Part shown: in pieces, positions 49,747-58,503 of the stretch | Layout: each line of letters starts with the position of its first letter | Position numbering within the stretch: the stretch's first letter is position 1 | Source of the DNA: Nibricoccus sp. | Lineage (GTDB): Bacteria; Verrucomicrobiota; Verrucomicrobiia; Opitutales; Opitutaceae | DNA length: 64,000 nt | Direction of reading: 5' to 3' | Assembly: GCA_047602425.1 (NCBI GenBank) | Contig: JASGHG010000001.1 | Coordinates: 1,152,001 to 1,216,000, forward strand | Position numbers and translations under genes: made by a program | The notes under the pieces: generated by a model | What the model saw: the letters and a program-made list of their open reading frames with translations, nothing else | Database searches by the model: none | What the model was told of the DNA's origin: nothing

Positions 49747-51551
49747 GGCAGTTCCAAAACGAATTCCGCACCACCGCCGGTCCGCGTCTGATAGCGCAAC
49801 TCCCCGCCCAAGCCGCGCGCCAGCTGCCGTGCGATGCTCAAGCCGAGCCCGGCACCGCCTTTTTCGGCCGTGAGCGTCTCGTCCACCCGGTGGAATTTCT
49901 CGAAAATCCTTTCGCGATGTCCCGTCGGCACGCCCCGCCCACGATCACTCACCACAATCTCCGCACCACCCGATGCACGCCGTCGCAAAGTCACAAGCGC
50001 CTCATGTCCGTCGCAGGCGTATTTGCAGGCGTTGTCGAGCAGGTTGAGCACGATCTGTTCGACCGCGTCGCGATCTGTGACAACCGAGACAATCTCCACC
50101 GGTAAATCGCGTTTCAATTCCAGTCCCGCCTCCGCAATGCGAGGTGCATGCACGTCGAGCAATTGCGCAAGCGCGGCCGTCAAATCCAGTGGCTCGCGCT
50201 GGTACTTTTTGCGTCCCTGCTCCAGCCGGCTGAAATCGAGCACGTTGTTCACCAAGCGGGCGAGACGCTGCGTCTCTCGCCCAATGGTTCGCAGATAGTC
50301 GTTGCGTTTTTCGTTCTCGGCAACGCGGCCTTGCTCCAGAAGTTCAGAATAGAGACGAATCGTTGTCAGCGGCGTTTTGAACTCATGCGAAACATTCGCG
50401 ACGAAAGAGGTCTTCTGCGCTGCATCGGCTGCGCTGCTGCGCGCCTGAAAAAGTAAAAGCGAACCACCCACGAGAATCGCCACCACCAAAATTCCCGCTA
50501 GCAGCAGGCCAATCGTGAAAAACCCGCCGCCATTTTCCATCGGCGCGTAGACAAGGTAAGCGGCAACCTCCCATCCGGGAAGCAATGCCGAGGCCAGCGG
50601 AATGCGCGCCGCTGGCGTGGCACCGTTTTCAGGCACCTTCCCCGCTTGATGAATCACCCTTCCTTTGTCGTCACGCAATATATAACCTTCGTCCGTCGCC
50701 AATTCCGATGGCAAGGCGCCGCTCAGGCGTGAGACGAGCGCGGTCATTTCCACTTCGACCCCGCGCACTTCGTCCGAACCAGCGGGACGAACCCAGCCCA
50801 ACAGGTGCAATCTGCCCTCCGCGACCATGGGCGTCCATCCTCGGATTTCCGGCGCACGCGCAGCCGCCGGAGCTGCGGCAGCCAACACTTTTTTCTTATC
50901 CGCATCGGCTTCCCGTTTCTCCAGATCCTTTCGTTCATCGCTGAAGCCGTAGGACGACGTTTTGGCACGCGCGAGGGACTGCGTCTCCTTGCGGGCGCTC
51001 TGCACTTTTGAAACGTTGGAGGTCACTTGCTGACGGTTGTTGTCCTCAACTTGAAACGCCTGCTCCTCCGCCAGCGTTTGTTTTGCCGGAGCAGGGAGGT
51101 CAAAAGTCAGCGTTGGCGCGCGCCCCGACCATGGCGGACTTTCGAGCAAACGCGCAGCAAAACGTCGTCGGAAGCCGCGAGCATCGTCGCTTGTGACCGA
51201 ACCATTTGGGCGTAGTAAACGGCCATCCAATGCGCAGCGATAAGAGGTTCGCACCAATGGATTGTTCCGCTCCCAACCATCGAGATTGGCATCCAAACCG
51301 CTCGCCGGCATTTCCGCCAGGATGTCGATAAGGCCGTTCTCAACGTCGCCGACGAATAACTCCACATTTTCGGCCACCAGCTGCGCGCGGGACTCCACAG
51401 CCGCCTTGCGGGCGGCTTCGGTCGAGCTCTTGCGAAGGGTCAGCCGAGCCTCCTCCCGTCGCAACAACAACCACGCACCTGCGCCAACACCCAAGGCGGA
51501 CGCCAGCAGCAGGAGCCAGTAGAAGAAGAGACGGCGGGAGGTAGAGGCCAC
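49743..51551 (-). CDS. Sensor histidine kinase
   Basis: Two TM helices, FVANVSHEFKTPLT, NLLDNACKY, GAGLGLSI. Confidence 0.92.
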   Translation of the reverse strand: MASTSRRLFFYWLLLLASALGVGAGAWLLLRREEARLTLRKSSTEAARKAAVESRAQLVAENVELFVGDVENGLIDILAEMPASGLDANLDGWERNNPLVRTSYRCALDGRLLRPNGSVTSDDARGFRRRFAARLLESPPWSGRAPTLTFDLPAPAKQTLAEEQAFQVEDNNRQQVTSNVSKVQSARKETQSLARAKTSSYGFSDERKDLEKREADADKKKVLAAAAPAAARAPEIRGWTPMVAEGRLHLLGWVRPAGSDEVRGVEVEMTALVSRLSGALPSELATDEGYILRDDKGRVIHQAGKVPENGATPAARIPLASALLPGWEVAAYLVYAPMENGGGFFTIGLLLAGILVVAILVGGSLLLFQARSSAADAAQKTSFVANVSHEFKTPLTTIRLYSELLEQGRVAENEKRNDYLRTIGRETQRLARLVNNVLDFSRLEQGRKKYQREPLDLTAALAQLLDVHAPRIAEAGLELKRDLPVEIVSVVTDRDAVEQIVLNLLDNACKYACDGHEALVTLRRRASGGAEIVVSDRGRGVPTGHRERIFEKFHRVDETLTAEKGGAGLGLSIARQLARGLGGELRYQTRTGGGAEFVLELP

Positions 51552-51557
51552 GATTAT

Positions 51558-52040
51558 TCAGGGAACGGCTTCCACTATCTTGCCTCTCGCGACTTTCAGC
51601 AAGAATTCCTCGGCCTTCGATCCACGGGGCACGACCGCGCCCCCGGCGTCTGCCCAATGGGCGGCGCCAACGTAGAACTTTTCCTCGAAGGCGCTGCCCT
51701 TGTCGTATTCGGTCTGCATTTGGGGCTTGGTGGTACAAAACAGCAGATATCGGCCGGCTCCGTCTTTCAGCGCAAACACCCGTGATCCGCCATCCAAGTA
51801 GATCATTGACACGACCAGGCTGGCGTCTTCGCCGAGCCCTGCTTCAGCCAATGTTGTCGGCAAGGGTTGGGTCGGTTTCCAAGGGTGATTGATCTCCTTG
51901 ATGTTTTTCAGAGTCTTCAATTCTGCCGAATGGTTAAGACCGTCTTCGAACTTTCCCCCGGACTGAAATTCGATGCGACTTTCGGCGGCGGAAAAAACAA
52001 CCAGTCCGAAGAACCAGAGAAACAAGATTGGCGATTTCAT
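51558..52040 (-). CDS. Hypothetical exported protein
   Basis: Signal peptide; fills the gap between the VWA and kinase genes in the same orientation. Confidence 0.65.
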   Translation of the reverse strand: MKSPILFLWFFGLVVFSAAESRIEFQSGGKFEDGLNHSAELKTLKNIKEINHPWKPTQPLPTTLAEAGLGEDASLVVSMIYLDGGSRVFALKDGAGRYLLFCTTKPQMQTEYDKGSAFEEKFYVGAAHWADAGGAVVPRGSKAEEFLLKVARGKIVEAVP

Positions 52041-52058
52041 ATTGCCAAAGGCTCGCAG

Positions 52059-53408
52059 TTAGTTGCCGGAGGACGACTGCTGGTTTTTGGTTTGCACGCT
52101 TTCGGCCCGGTACGTTTTGCGCGCCGCATTGCTCAAGCCTTGCTTTTCAAGTTTGTCGGCCTCCCTGACCTGCTCCTCCGCGAGCGCAGCCATCGGAGCA
52201 TTGCTGTAAGTCATGGCAGCGGCCTTCAACTCGGCTGCTTTCTGACGCATTTCCTTGGCCGCGTCCTGACGGCGGTCCGCGTCGACGAGTTCAACCGCCT
52301 TGTCTTTCGTGACGGCGATGATGTTGGCCGCGTAGTCTGTCTGCACCTTGAGGTTCGCGGAACCAACCACTCGCTCGTGGTTCTCGCTAAAGGTTATTTT
52401 GCGCTGAGCGCGGATAGTGGACGTTTTTTGCGTGAGCGCATTTTCATAACTCAGCTGTGCCGAGGCGAGTTCGATTTCGGTTCCAGCGCGGGTCGCGGGT
52501 ACCTCTACTTCGATGAGGGCAAATTTCTCCTGGCCGCCATAAAGCTGATTCAACGTGATCTCCGCCTTGCGACCGCGAATGACCCCGTCGCGACCGACAA
52601 AGCTCAACGGGCGCACGCCTTCGGGAAAATTTACTTCCACCACCACGCGACGGGCGATCACGTTGAGCACGTCACCGAGTTCCCCGCCAAAAATCCGCGG
52701 GAGATCGTCGCTCGATTCCACAAAATAAGTATTGCCGTCGCTGCGCTGTGCGAGGCGCGTCATGAGATCCTCGTTGAAACCGAGCCCGAGTCCCACGGTT
52801 GTCACCGAAATGCCCTCTTTAACCAGAGCCGTGCCGAGACGGCCAAGCTCCTCGGGCGTCTGCGGACCGACATTTGCCAAACCATCCGAAAGAAGGATGA
52901 CGCGGTGAATGTAGCGACGGTCCTCGGTGTGCTTCCGAACCTCGGAGGCGCCCTGCGAAACACCGCCGAACAGATTCGTGCTTCCGCCGGTGTTGATGCC
53001 ACGAATCGCGGCAGCGATGCGCCGGCCGTCGCCGACACATTGAGCGGGGACCAGCGTTTGCACTTCGGTATCGTAGGTCACCACTGAAAGGATGTCGTCG
53101 GGCGCCAACCGTCCGAGAGCCTCAAGCGCCGCTTCGCGCGCGCGGGCAATTTTTTCGCCCGCCATCGAGCCGGAGCGATCGATCACGATCGAAAGATTAA
53201 CAGGCGGGCGCGCTTCTGCCCGCGGCAGACGGAGCCCGTCGAGGCAAACTTTCACGACCGCCCGACCTGTGCAGTCGGCCGGAAGAACCGTGCGATCAAG
53301 TTCGACGCGAAGTTGAACAACGTCGTCCAGCGATTTGGCCGAACAGGCAACGAGGGACAAAAGGCCGAACAAAGCGGCCGCGATTTTTGGGAGGAATTTT
53401 GTTTTCAT
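52059..53408 (-). CDS. VWA-domain (YfbK-like) lipoprotein
   Basis: Lipobox LVAC, MIDAS motif IDRSGSM, GGSTNL, LLSDGLANVG. Confidence 0.87.
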   Translation of the reverse strand: MKTKFLPKIAAALFGLLSLVACSAKSLDDVVQLRVELDRTVLPADCTGRAVVKVCLDGLRLPRAEARPPVNLSIVIDRSGSMAGEKIARAREAALEALGRLAPDDILSVVTYDTEVQTLVPAQCVGDGRRIAAAIRGINTGGSTNLFGGVSQGASEVRKHTEDRRYIHRVILLSDGLANVGPQTPEELGRLGTALVKEGISVTTVGLGLGFNEDLMTRLAQRSDGNTYFVESSDDLPRIFGGELGDVLNVIARRVVVEVNFPEGVRPLSFVGRDGVIRGRKAEITLNQLYGGQEKFALIEVEVPATRAGTEIELASAQLSYENALTQKTSTIRAQRKITFSENHERVVGSANLKVQTDYAANIIAVTKDKAVELVDADRRQDAAKEMRQKAAELKAAAMTYSNAPMAALAEEQVREADKLEKQGLSNAARKTYRAESVQTKNQQSSSGN

Positions 53409-53530
53409 GGTGAATCTGTGTTTAACGGCACAGATTTCACCAGAAAACACGGCCGGAGTTGTCACCGGCCGGTCAGAAAATTGTCAGGGAATTGTCATGG
53501 CCACCCGGCCACAACACCCGCCATCCAAAA

Positions 53531-54166
53531 TCAAAGCTTCTTCAATGCCCCCAGGAAGGGCTTGGGGCCACCTTCCATATAGCCCAGCTCACCGACGTTT
53601 TTGCCTTCGCTATTGAGGACGATGACTGTCGGGAACCCCTGGATGCCGTACTGCTGGGCAAGTTTCTGGTTGGCGGCCTTGAGTTGCGGCGACTGCGGCG
53701 TGCCACGGGGAAAATCCAACTTCACCAGCAGGAGATTGGTACCGGCGAAAGTTTTGAAATCCTGAGTGGAGAGGATTTCCTTGTCGAATTTTTTGCACCA
53801 GCCGCACCAATCCGAACCGGTAAAGAACAGGAAAATCTTCTTCTTTTCCGCTTTGGCCTGGCGCAGGGCTGCCGCGTAATCGGTCGTCCACTGGCCCGCG
53901 GCGATGGCCGGCCCGGAGGTTTGCGAGGCGCCGGCTGCGGCGGCAGGGGCTCCCGTGTCACCGGCGCCCTTGATGCCAATGACTTTTCCCTCTCGCAACT
54001 TGATCGTCATGTCAGGATATTTCAGAACGGTTGTTCCGCCTGCCTCCATTTTCGATGCCGGAGCTCCTTTTTCCTCGATCACTTTTTGATAAGTGTCGCC
54101 CGTTTCAACCGCCAGCAGCGACCCAGTGGTCGCTGCGAAAATCAAAGCCAATGTGGATAGTTTCAT
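53531..54166 (-). CDS. Periplasmic thioredoxin-family protein
   Basis: Signal peptide; FTGSDWCGWCKK, GFPT cis-Pro. Confidence 0.88.
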   Translation of the reverse strand: MKLSTLALIFAATTGSLLAVETGDTYQKVIEEKGAPASKMEAGGTTVLKYPDMTIKLREGKVIGIKGAGDTGAPAAAAGASQTSGPAIAAGQWTTDYAAALRQAKAEKKKIFLFFTGSDWCGWCKKFDKEILSTQDFKTFAGTNLLLVKLDFPRGTPQSPQLKAANQKLAQQYGIQGFPTVIVLNSEGKNVGELGYMEGGPKPFLGALKKL

Positions 54167-54301
54167 GGTTATGATACTCGCATGGCCCATACAGGCCGAA
54201 GCTGCGGAAATGAAAGCAAAGCCTGCCCTATTGAACATGCCCAAATCGCAGATTTAATGTAAAAGAAGCCCGGCTTGTACTGCGCGGAAGAGTGAAATCC
54301 G

Positions 54302-56440
54302 TCACATCTCGCGTTTTACACCGGCGGGCCCTGCGCGATAAATGGAAAGCGTGCTGGCAGGTTCGACTTTAACCTTCTGGCCGCGACAAACGATCTCGCC
54401 CGAAACGGTTTCGCCTGGGTTTACCGGCATGACGGCGAGCAGCATATCGCCATTCTCGGCCGGAATCGCCGAAACATAGGCGCCAGCCAATCCCGTGACC
54501 GGCGAGGGCAAATCGAGTCGCGCAATGGCGGCGGTAAGACCGGCTGCGTCCGCCTCGATTTTGAACGAAACTGGCAGACCCAGGGAGACACGGTGGCCGT
54601 CCACCGTGAGTGCCGGAGCTTCGTCAATCACATGAACCGGAAATTTTGCCGCCACGAGTTTTTGCAACACGGCAAATTCCTTCGCCGTGACCACCCGGGC
54701 GCAAGGAAGAACCACGGCTTTGTAAGTTTGTTTACCCAGCCGCAACACGCCGTTTTCCAACACGGCATCGCCAAGCCAGTTATCGGAAATCATATCCACT
54801 TGCACGCCCGCCGCAGGCATCGCACCCGTGAGGCGATTGACTTTGCTCATGATATCGTCGTTTTCGGGCTCGCGGCCAATCATCATGGTTGCGAGTGGAC
54901 AAACCACCGCAACTTCGGCGACGGGCAGTCTGTAGCCTGTGATGGCATGCACGCGGCGCGTTTTCTCGATCAGCTTCGGCAACAATGGCCATGTTGGGTG
55001 GTTCGGGAAACCAGGTCCAAAATCGCGCCCAGCCCCAATGCCTTTCGTGATGCCGTAGGAATGTTGAATCCACTCGTTGGAAAAAAGCGCCATGAGATCA
55101 TTCCAATAAATGGGCGCAGACTCTTCGTATTTCACGCCCCATTGATTGAAATAAGCGTGTCCGGTTTTTGAATACCGGCCCAGGCTCGTTGCCAGGATCA
55201 TGAAGGATACGTCCTCGTATTTGTCGGCCAGACTGGCTTTGAAATATTTTTCGAAGCTGCCCGCGTCGGTATAACCGGAATCGAGCGCGGAGAGCCCGCG
55301 CCAGTAATCGGCTGAACCGTGATACATATTGTCGGGAATGGTGTGCCAGTTTTGGTGAATCCCCATTCGCAAGGGTCCAAAGCGCTTCTCGCCTTCCTTC
55401 CACATCCGTTCCTCCGCACCAAAAACATAATCCATCACCAGCTGAAAGTAGTCGTTGCGCACGCGCATCTGGCTTTCGTCGTCGAGAGAAAGAAGCAGCG
55501 CGTAAAGTTTCGCCTTCAGGTCATAACCATACTTCGCCTGGAAATCCCGGTAGATGCGTTCGCTGATCGCGTAGTGGCCAAATTGGAGATAGTAACCTGG
55601 TTCGTCCCACCAAAAGCCGTTGAAGCGAATGCCTTCGGCTTTGTAACGATCGAGTAGTTTTATCATTTCGGCCTCATGCGCCGGCGCATCGAATGCGTAC
55701 AAATTTGTGCTGAACCGTGGAAACGCCACGACCCACCATTCACCCGGAGGCAGATCGGGCTTCCCGAACACTTCCACATAGTAAAGACTGCGATTGATAA
55801 AGAAATGATGCTGCGCGGTGATGTCGCGAATCGACGACGTGATCACGCGGCCGTCCTTGCGCTGGTAAGCGAAGACTTTGTCCACACCCACGGGATTCAG
55901 CCAGAGTCCGACTTCGGTCAGCATGTGCACGTCGCGTTTCGAAGGATAATTATAGCGAAGAGTAAAACGCCCGCCTTCCACCTTGCATTCGTTGAGCAAT
56001 GCGCGATCGGCGGGCAGAGTGTTTCCCGGCGCAGGAGATTTCCCCATAAAATCCTGACCGGTGAGCAAAATTTCCGCACCAAAACCTGTTTTCCCAATGA
56101 TGTGGTGTGCGCCGAAACGCGGATCAGGGCCCCAAATGAATTCGATCCCTTCACGCTTGCAGGCTTCGCTCGCGAGTTTCACGGCTGCAATCATCTCGTC
56201 GTCGAAAATCTGGTAGCGCGTCGCCCGCGGCATAACAAAGAGCCCGTCAAAACCAGCGGCTTTCAGATCGGCGAGTTGTTTCAACAAAACCTCCGGATTC
56301 TCGATGGCCTCGTCCTGCCACGTCCAAAACATCGTGGCGAACGGACCAGGTTTTTTTTCAGCGGCGGTCAGCGAAATTCCGCAACTAATAAAAACAACTA
56401 ACACAAAAACACGCAAGGAACGAAAGGTGGAAAGCGGCAT
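54302..56440 (-). CDS. Secreted glycoside hydrolase-like protein (GH106-like N-terminus)
   Basis: PFATMFWTW..QLADLKAAGFDGLFVMPR and WWDEP resemble GH106-type TIM-barrel motifs; YKAVVLP glutamine-amidotransferase-like tail. Confidence 0.5.
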   Translation of the reverse strand: MPLSTFRSLRVFVLVVFISCGISLTAAEKKPGPFATMFWTWQDEAIENPEVLLKQLADLKAAGFDGLFVMPRATRYQIFDDEMIAAVKLASEACKREGIEFIWGPDPRFGAHHIIGKTGFGAEILLTGQDFMGKSPAPGNTLPADRALLNECKVEGGRFTLRYNYPSKRDVHMLTEVGLWLNPVGVDKVFAYQRKDGRVITSSIRDITAQHHFFINRSLYYVEVFGKPDLPPGEWWVVAFPRFSTNLYAFDAPAHEAEMIKLLDRYKAEGIRFNGFWWDEPGYYLQFGHYAISERIYRDFQAKYGYDLKAKLYALLLSLDDESQMRVRNDYFQLVMDYVFGAEERMWKEGEKRFGPLRMGIHQNWHTIPDNMYHGSADYWRGLSALDSGYTDAGSFEKYFKASLADKYEDVSFMILATSLGRYSKTGHAYFNQWGVKYEESAPIYWNDLMALFSNEWIQHSYGITKGIGAGRDFGPGFPNHPTWPLLPKLIEKTRRVHAITGYRLPVAEVAVVCPLATMMIGREPENDDIMSKVNRLTGAMPAAGVQVDMISDNWLGDAVLENGVLRLGKQTYKAVVLPCARVVTAKEFAVLQKLVAAKFPVHVIDEAPALTVDGHRVSLGLPVSFKIEADAAGLTAAIARLDLPSPVTGLAGAYVSAIPAENGDMLLAVMPVNPGETVSGEIVCRGQKVKVEPASTLSIYRAGPAGVKREM

Positions 56441-56555
56441 GGTTCGAGCGAGCCGCCAAAGCCTCCTCACGTCAACTCAGCAGGCCAGGATGCTTGCGCA
56501 ACTTGTTGAGCTGACAGTCCGGCAACGGCGCTGGACTATACTCGGGCCTGCGCCT

Positions 56556-58013
56556 TCACATTGAAGCCAGCAGCTTGCGCAGCGTTTCGTCGACGAGCTT
56601 GGGGTTAGCCTTGCCTTTCGCGGCTTTCATGATCGGACCCTTGAACGCATTGATCGCGCTGTCTTTGCCGGATTTAAACTCGGCAAGCGCCTTGGCGTTG
56701 GCCGCGATGGAGTCGCGACACCATTGTTCAAGTTCGCCCGAGTCGGTCGGCGCGGCTTTCAGGCCGCGGCGGTCAGCGATGGCTTCAGGCAGGTCGCCCA
56801 TGGCGAACATTTCGACAAAGATTTCCTTCGCGGCGTTGTTCAGCACCGTGCCGGCGTCGATCAGCTTCACGAGAGCAGCGATGTGCGCGGGTTTCACCTT
56901 TGAGTCGACGAGAGAAATTTTCGCCGTGCCGATCTCGCGGAGGAGGTCGTTGACGATCCAATTGCCAGCGGCCTGAGCCTTGCCCGGACCGGAAAGTTTC
57001 GCTGCTTCCTCAAAGAAGTCGCTCAGCTCGCGATCGGGCACGAGGACGGATGAAATCGTGTATGGAATCTGATACTGCTCGAAGAAGCGGCGCTGTTTGT
57101 CGAAAGGCAGTTCGGGACATTCAGCTTTGATGCGTGCTTTCCAAGCATCGTCGACTTTCACCGGCATAAGATCCGGGTCGGGGAAGTAACGGTAATCGTG
57201 CGCCATTTCCTTCGAGCGAAGCGACTGCGAGGCGCCGGTCTGGCCGTCGTAGTCGCGCGTTTCCTGAACGATAATACCGCCGCTTTCCTTTACCGCGATC
57301 TGGCGGGCAATTTCGTGGGCAATACCATCGCGAACAAACGAAATGGAGTTGAGGTTCTTGAGTTCGACTTTGGTTCCGAGCTTTGTTTCGCCAACGGGAC
57401 GAATGGAAATGTTAGCGTCGCAACGCATCTGGCCTTTTTCCATATCGCAGTCGGAAATGCCGCCATAGACCATGGTGTTGCGCAGCGAGGTGAGATACGC
57501 AAACGCTTCCTCCGCGGTATGCATCACGGGCTCGGAGACGATTTCCATCAATGGCGTGCCAGCGCGGTTGTAATCGACGAGCGAATCGACCGCACCATGG
57601 TTGAGCTTGCCGACATCCTCTTCGAGATGGATGCGGGTGAGCGCGATTTTTTTGTGCTCGCCCATCACGTTGCGCGCAGATCCGGGCAGTTCGATCTCAA
57701 CCGATCCATTGAGACAAATCGGTTGGTCGTATTGCGAGATTTGGTAGTTCTTCGGCGAGTCGGGATAGAAATAGTTTTTCCGATCCCATTTGCAAACCGG
57801 TGCGATGTCACAACCAAGCATGAGGCCGGCCTTGATAATCGCGTCGAGCGCGGCCTTGTTCATCACCGGCAGTACGCCGGGAAGCGCAAGCACGACTGGA
57901 TCGGTCAATGTGTTTTCGTCATGACCGTAGCCCGCAGCGACACGCGTGAACATCTTCGACTGCGTCTTTACCTGAACGTGGACTTCAAGACCGATGACGG
58001 CTTCGTATTTCAT
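56556..58013 (-). CDS. gatB: Asp/Glu-tRNA amidotransferase subunit B
   Basis: VIGLEVHVQ, RKNYFYPD, IHLEEDVGK, DYNRAGTPLMEIV, DYRYFPDPDL. Confidence 0.97.
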   Translation of the reverse strand: MKYEAVIGLEVHVQVKTQSKMFTRVAAGYGHDENTLTDPVVLALPGVLPVMNKAALDAIIKAGLMLGCDIAPVCKWDRKNYFYPDSPKNYQISQYDQPICLNGSVEIELPGSARNVMGEHKKIALTRIHLEEDVGKLNHGAVDSLVDYNRAGTPLMEIVSEPVMHTAEEAFAYLTSLRNTMVYGGISDCDMEKGQMRCDANISIRPVGETKLGTKVELKNLNSISFVRDGIAHEIARQIAVKESGGIIVQETRDYDGQTGASQSLRSKEMAHDYRYFPDPDLMPVKVDDAWKARIKAECPELPFDKQRRFFEQYQIPYTISSVLVPDRELSDFFEEAAKLSGPGKAQAAGNWIVNDLLREIGTAKISLVDSKVKPAHIAALVKLIDAGTVLNNAAKEIFVEMFAMGDLPEAIADRRGLKAAPTDSGELEQWCRDSIAANAKALAEFKSGKDSAINAFKGPIMKAAKGKANPKLVDETLRKLLASM

Positions 58014-58037
58014 GGGAGAAGAGGAGAGAGTTTTTTG

Positions 58038-58077
58038 GCCACAGAGAACACGGAGCTCGGACACAGAGGTCACAGAG
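58038..58077. repeat. Inverted-repeat arm (40 bp, 9-nt periodic) downstream of GxxExxY gene A
   Basis: GCCACAGAG-AACACGGAG-CTCGG-ACACAGAG-GTCACAGAG; 36/40 identical to the reverse complement of 58459-58498. Confidence 0.95.
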
Positions 58078-58450
58078 CCAAGCGGCGAAGCCCGTGTTTG
58101 GTAAGCAAGGTGGTTCTAAAATTGAAGAGTAGACCGATGCGGCAGGAGGAAAACCGCAGGTAGGTTAGGACTTGGGCTTCATGCACGCCGAGGAGTTCGT
58201 CGATGGCCTTGAGCTCAACTACGACCTTGCCACCCACCAAAAAATCGAGCCGATAGGCATCCTCGATCAACAAGTCTTTATAGCGCACAGAGCAGAGTTT
58301 CTGCTCTTCAAAGGCAATATGGCGGAGAGATAATTCGTGCGCCAGAGCACGTTGGTAAGCGGACTCTAAAAGCACTGGGCCAAGGTCCCGATGGACCTCA
58401 ATTGCCGCACCAATGACTTGCTCAGTCAGCTGATTGATTTCGGCGTCCAT
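58070..58450 (-). CDS. GxxExxY-family protein (PD-(D/E)XK nuclease fold), copy A
   Basis: VIGAAIEVHRDLGPVLLESAYQ, RLDFLV...VVELKA, AQVLTYL, GLLFNF. Confidence 0.9.
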   Translation of the reverse strand: MDAEINQLTEQVIGAAIEVHRDLGPVLLESAYQRALAHELSLRHIAFEEQKLCSVRYKDLLIEDAYRLDFLVGGKVVVELKAIDELLGVHEAQVLTYLRFSSCRIGLLFNFRTTLLTKHGLRRLAL

Positions 58451-58458
58451 GATTTTTT

Positions 58459-58498
58459 CTCCGTGTTCTCTGTGTCCGAGCTCCGTGTCCTCTGTGGC
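58459..58498. repeat. Inverted-repeat arm (40 bp) upstream of GxxExxY gene A
   Basis: CTCCGTGTTCTCTGTGTCCGAGCTCCGTGTCCTCTGTGGC; partner of 58038-58077. Confidence 0.95.
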
Positions 58499-58503
58499 AA
58501 GAC

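Noticed and set aside
51867..53087. 406-aa plus-strand ORF
   Set aside because: Antisense shadow of the VWA gene in GC-rich sequence.
57198..58163. 321-aa plus-strand ORF crossing gatB and a repeat arm
   Set aside because: Antisense to gatB; no family signal.
58038..58498. Repeat arms as a CRISPR array, terminators or IS terminal repeats
   Set aside because: No unique spacers or cas genes; loop of about 380 nt and no U tract; no transposase motif or target duplication.
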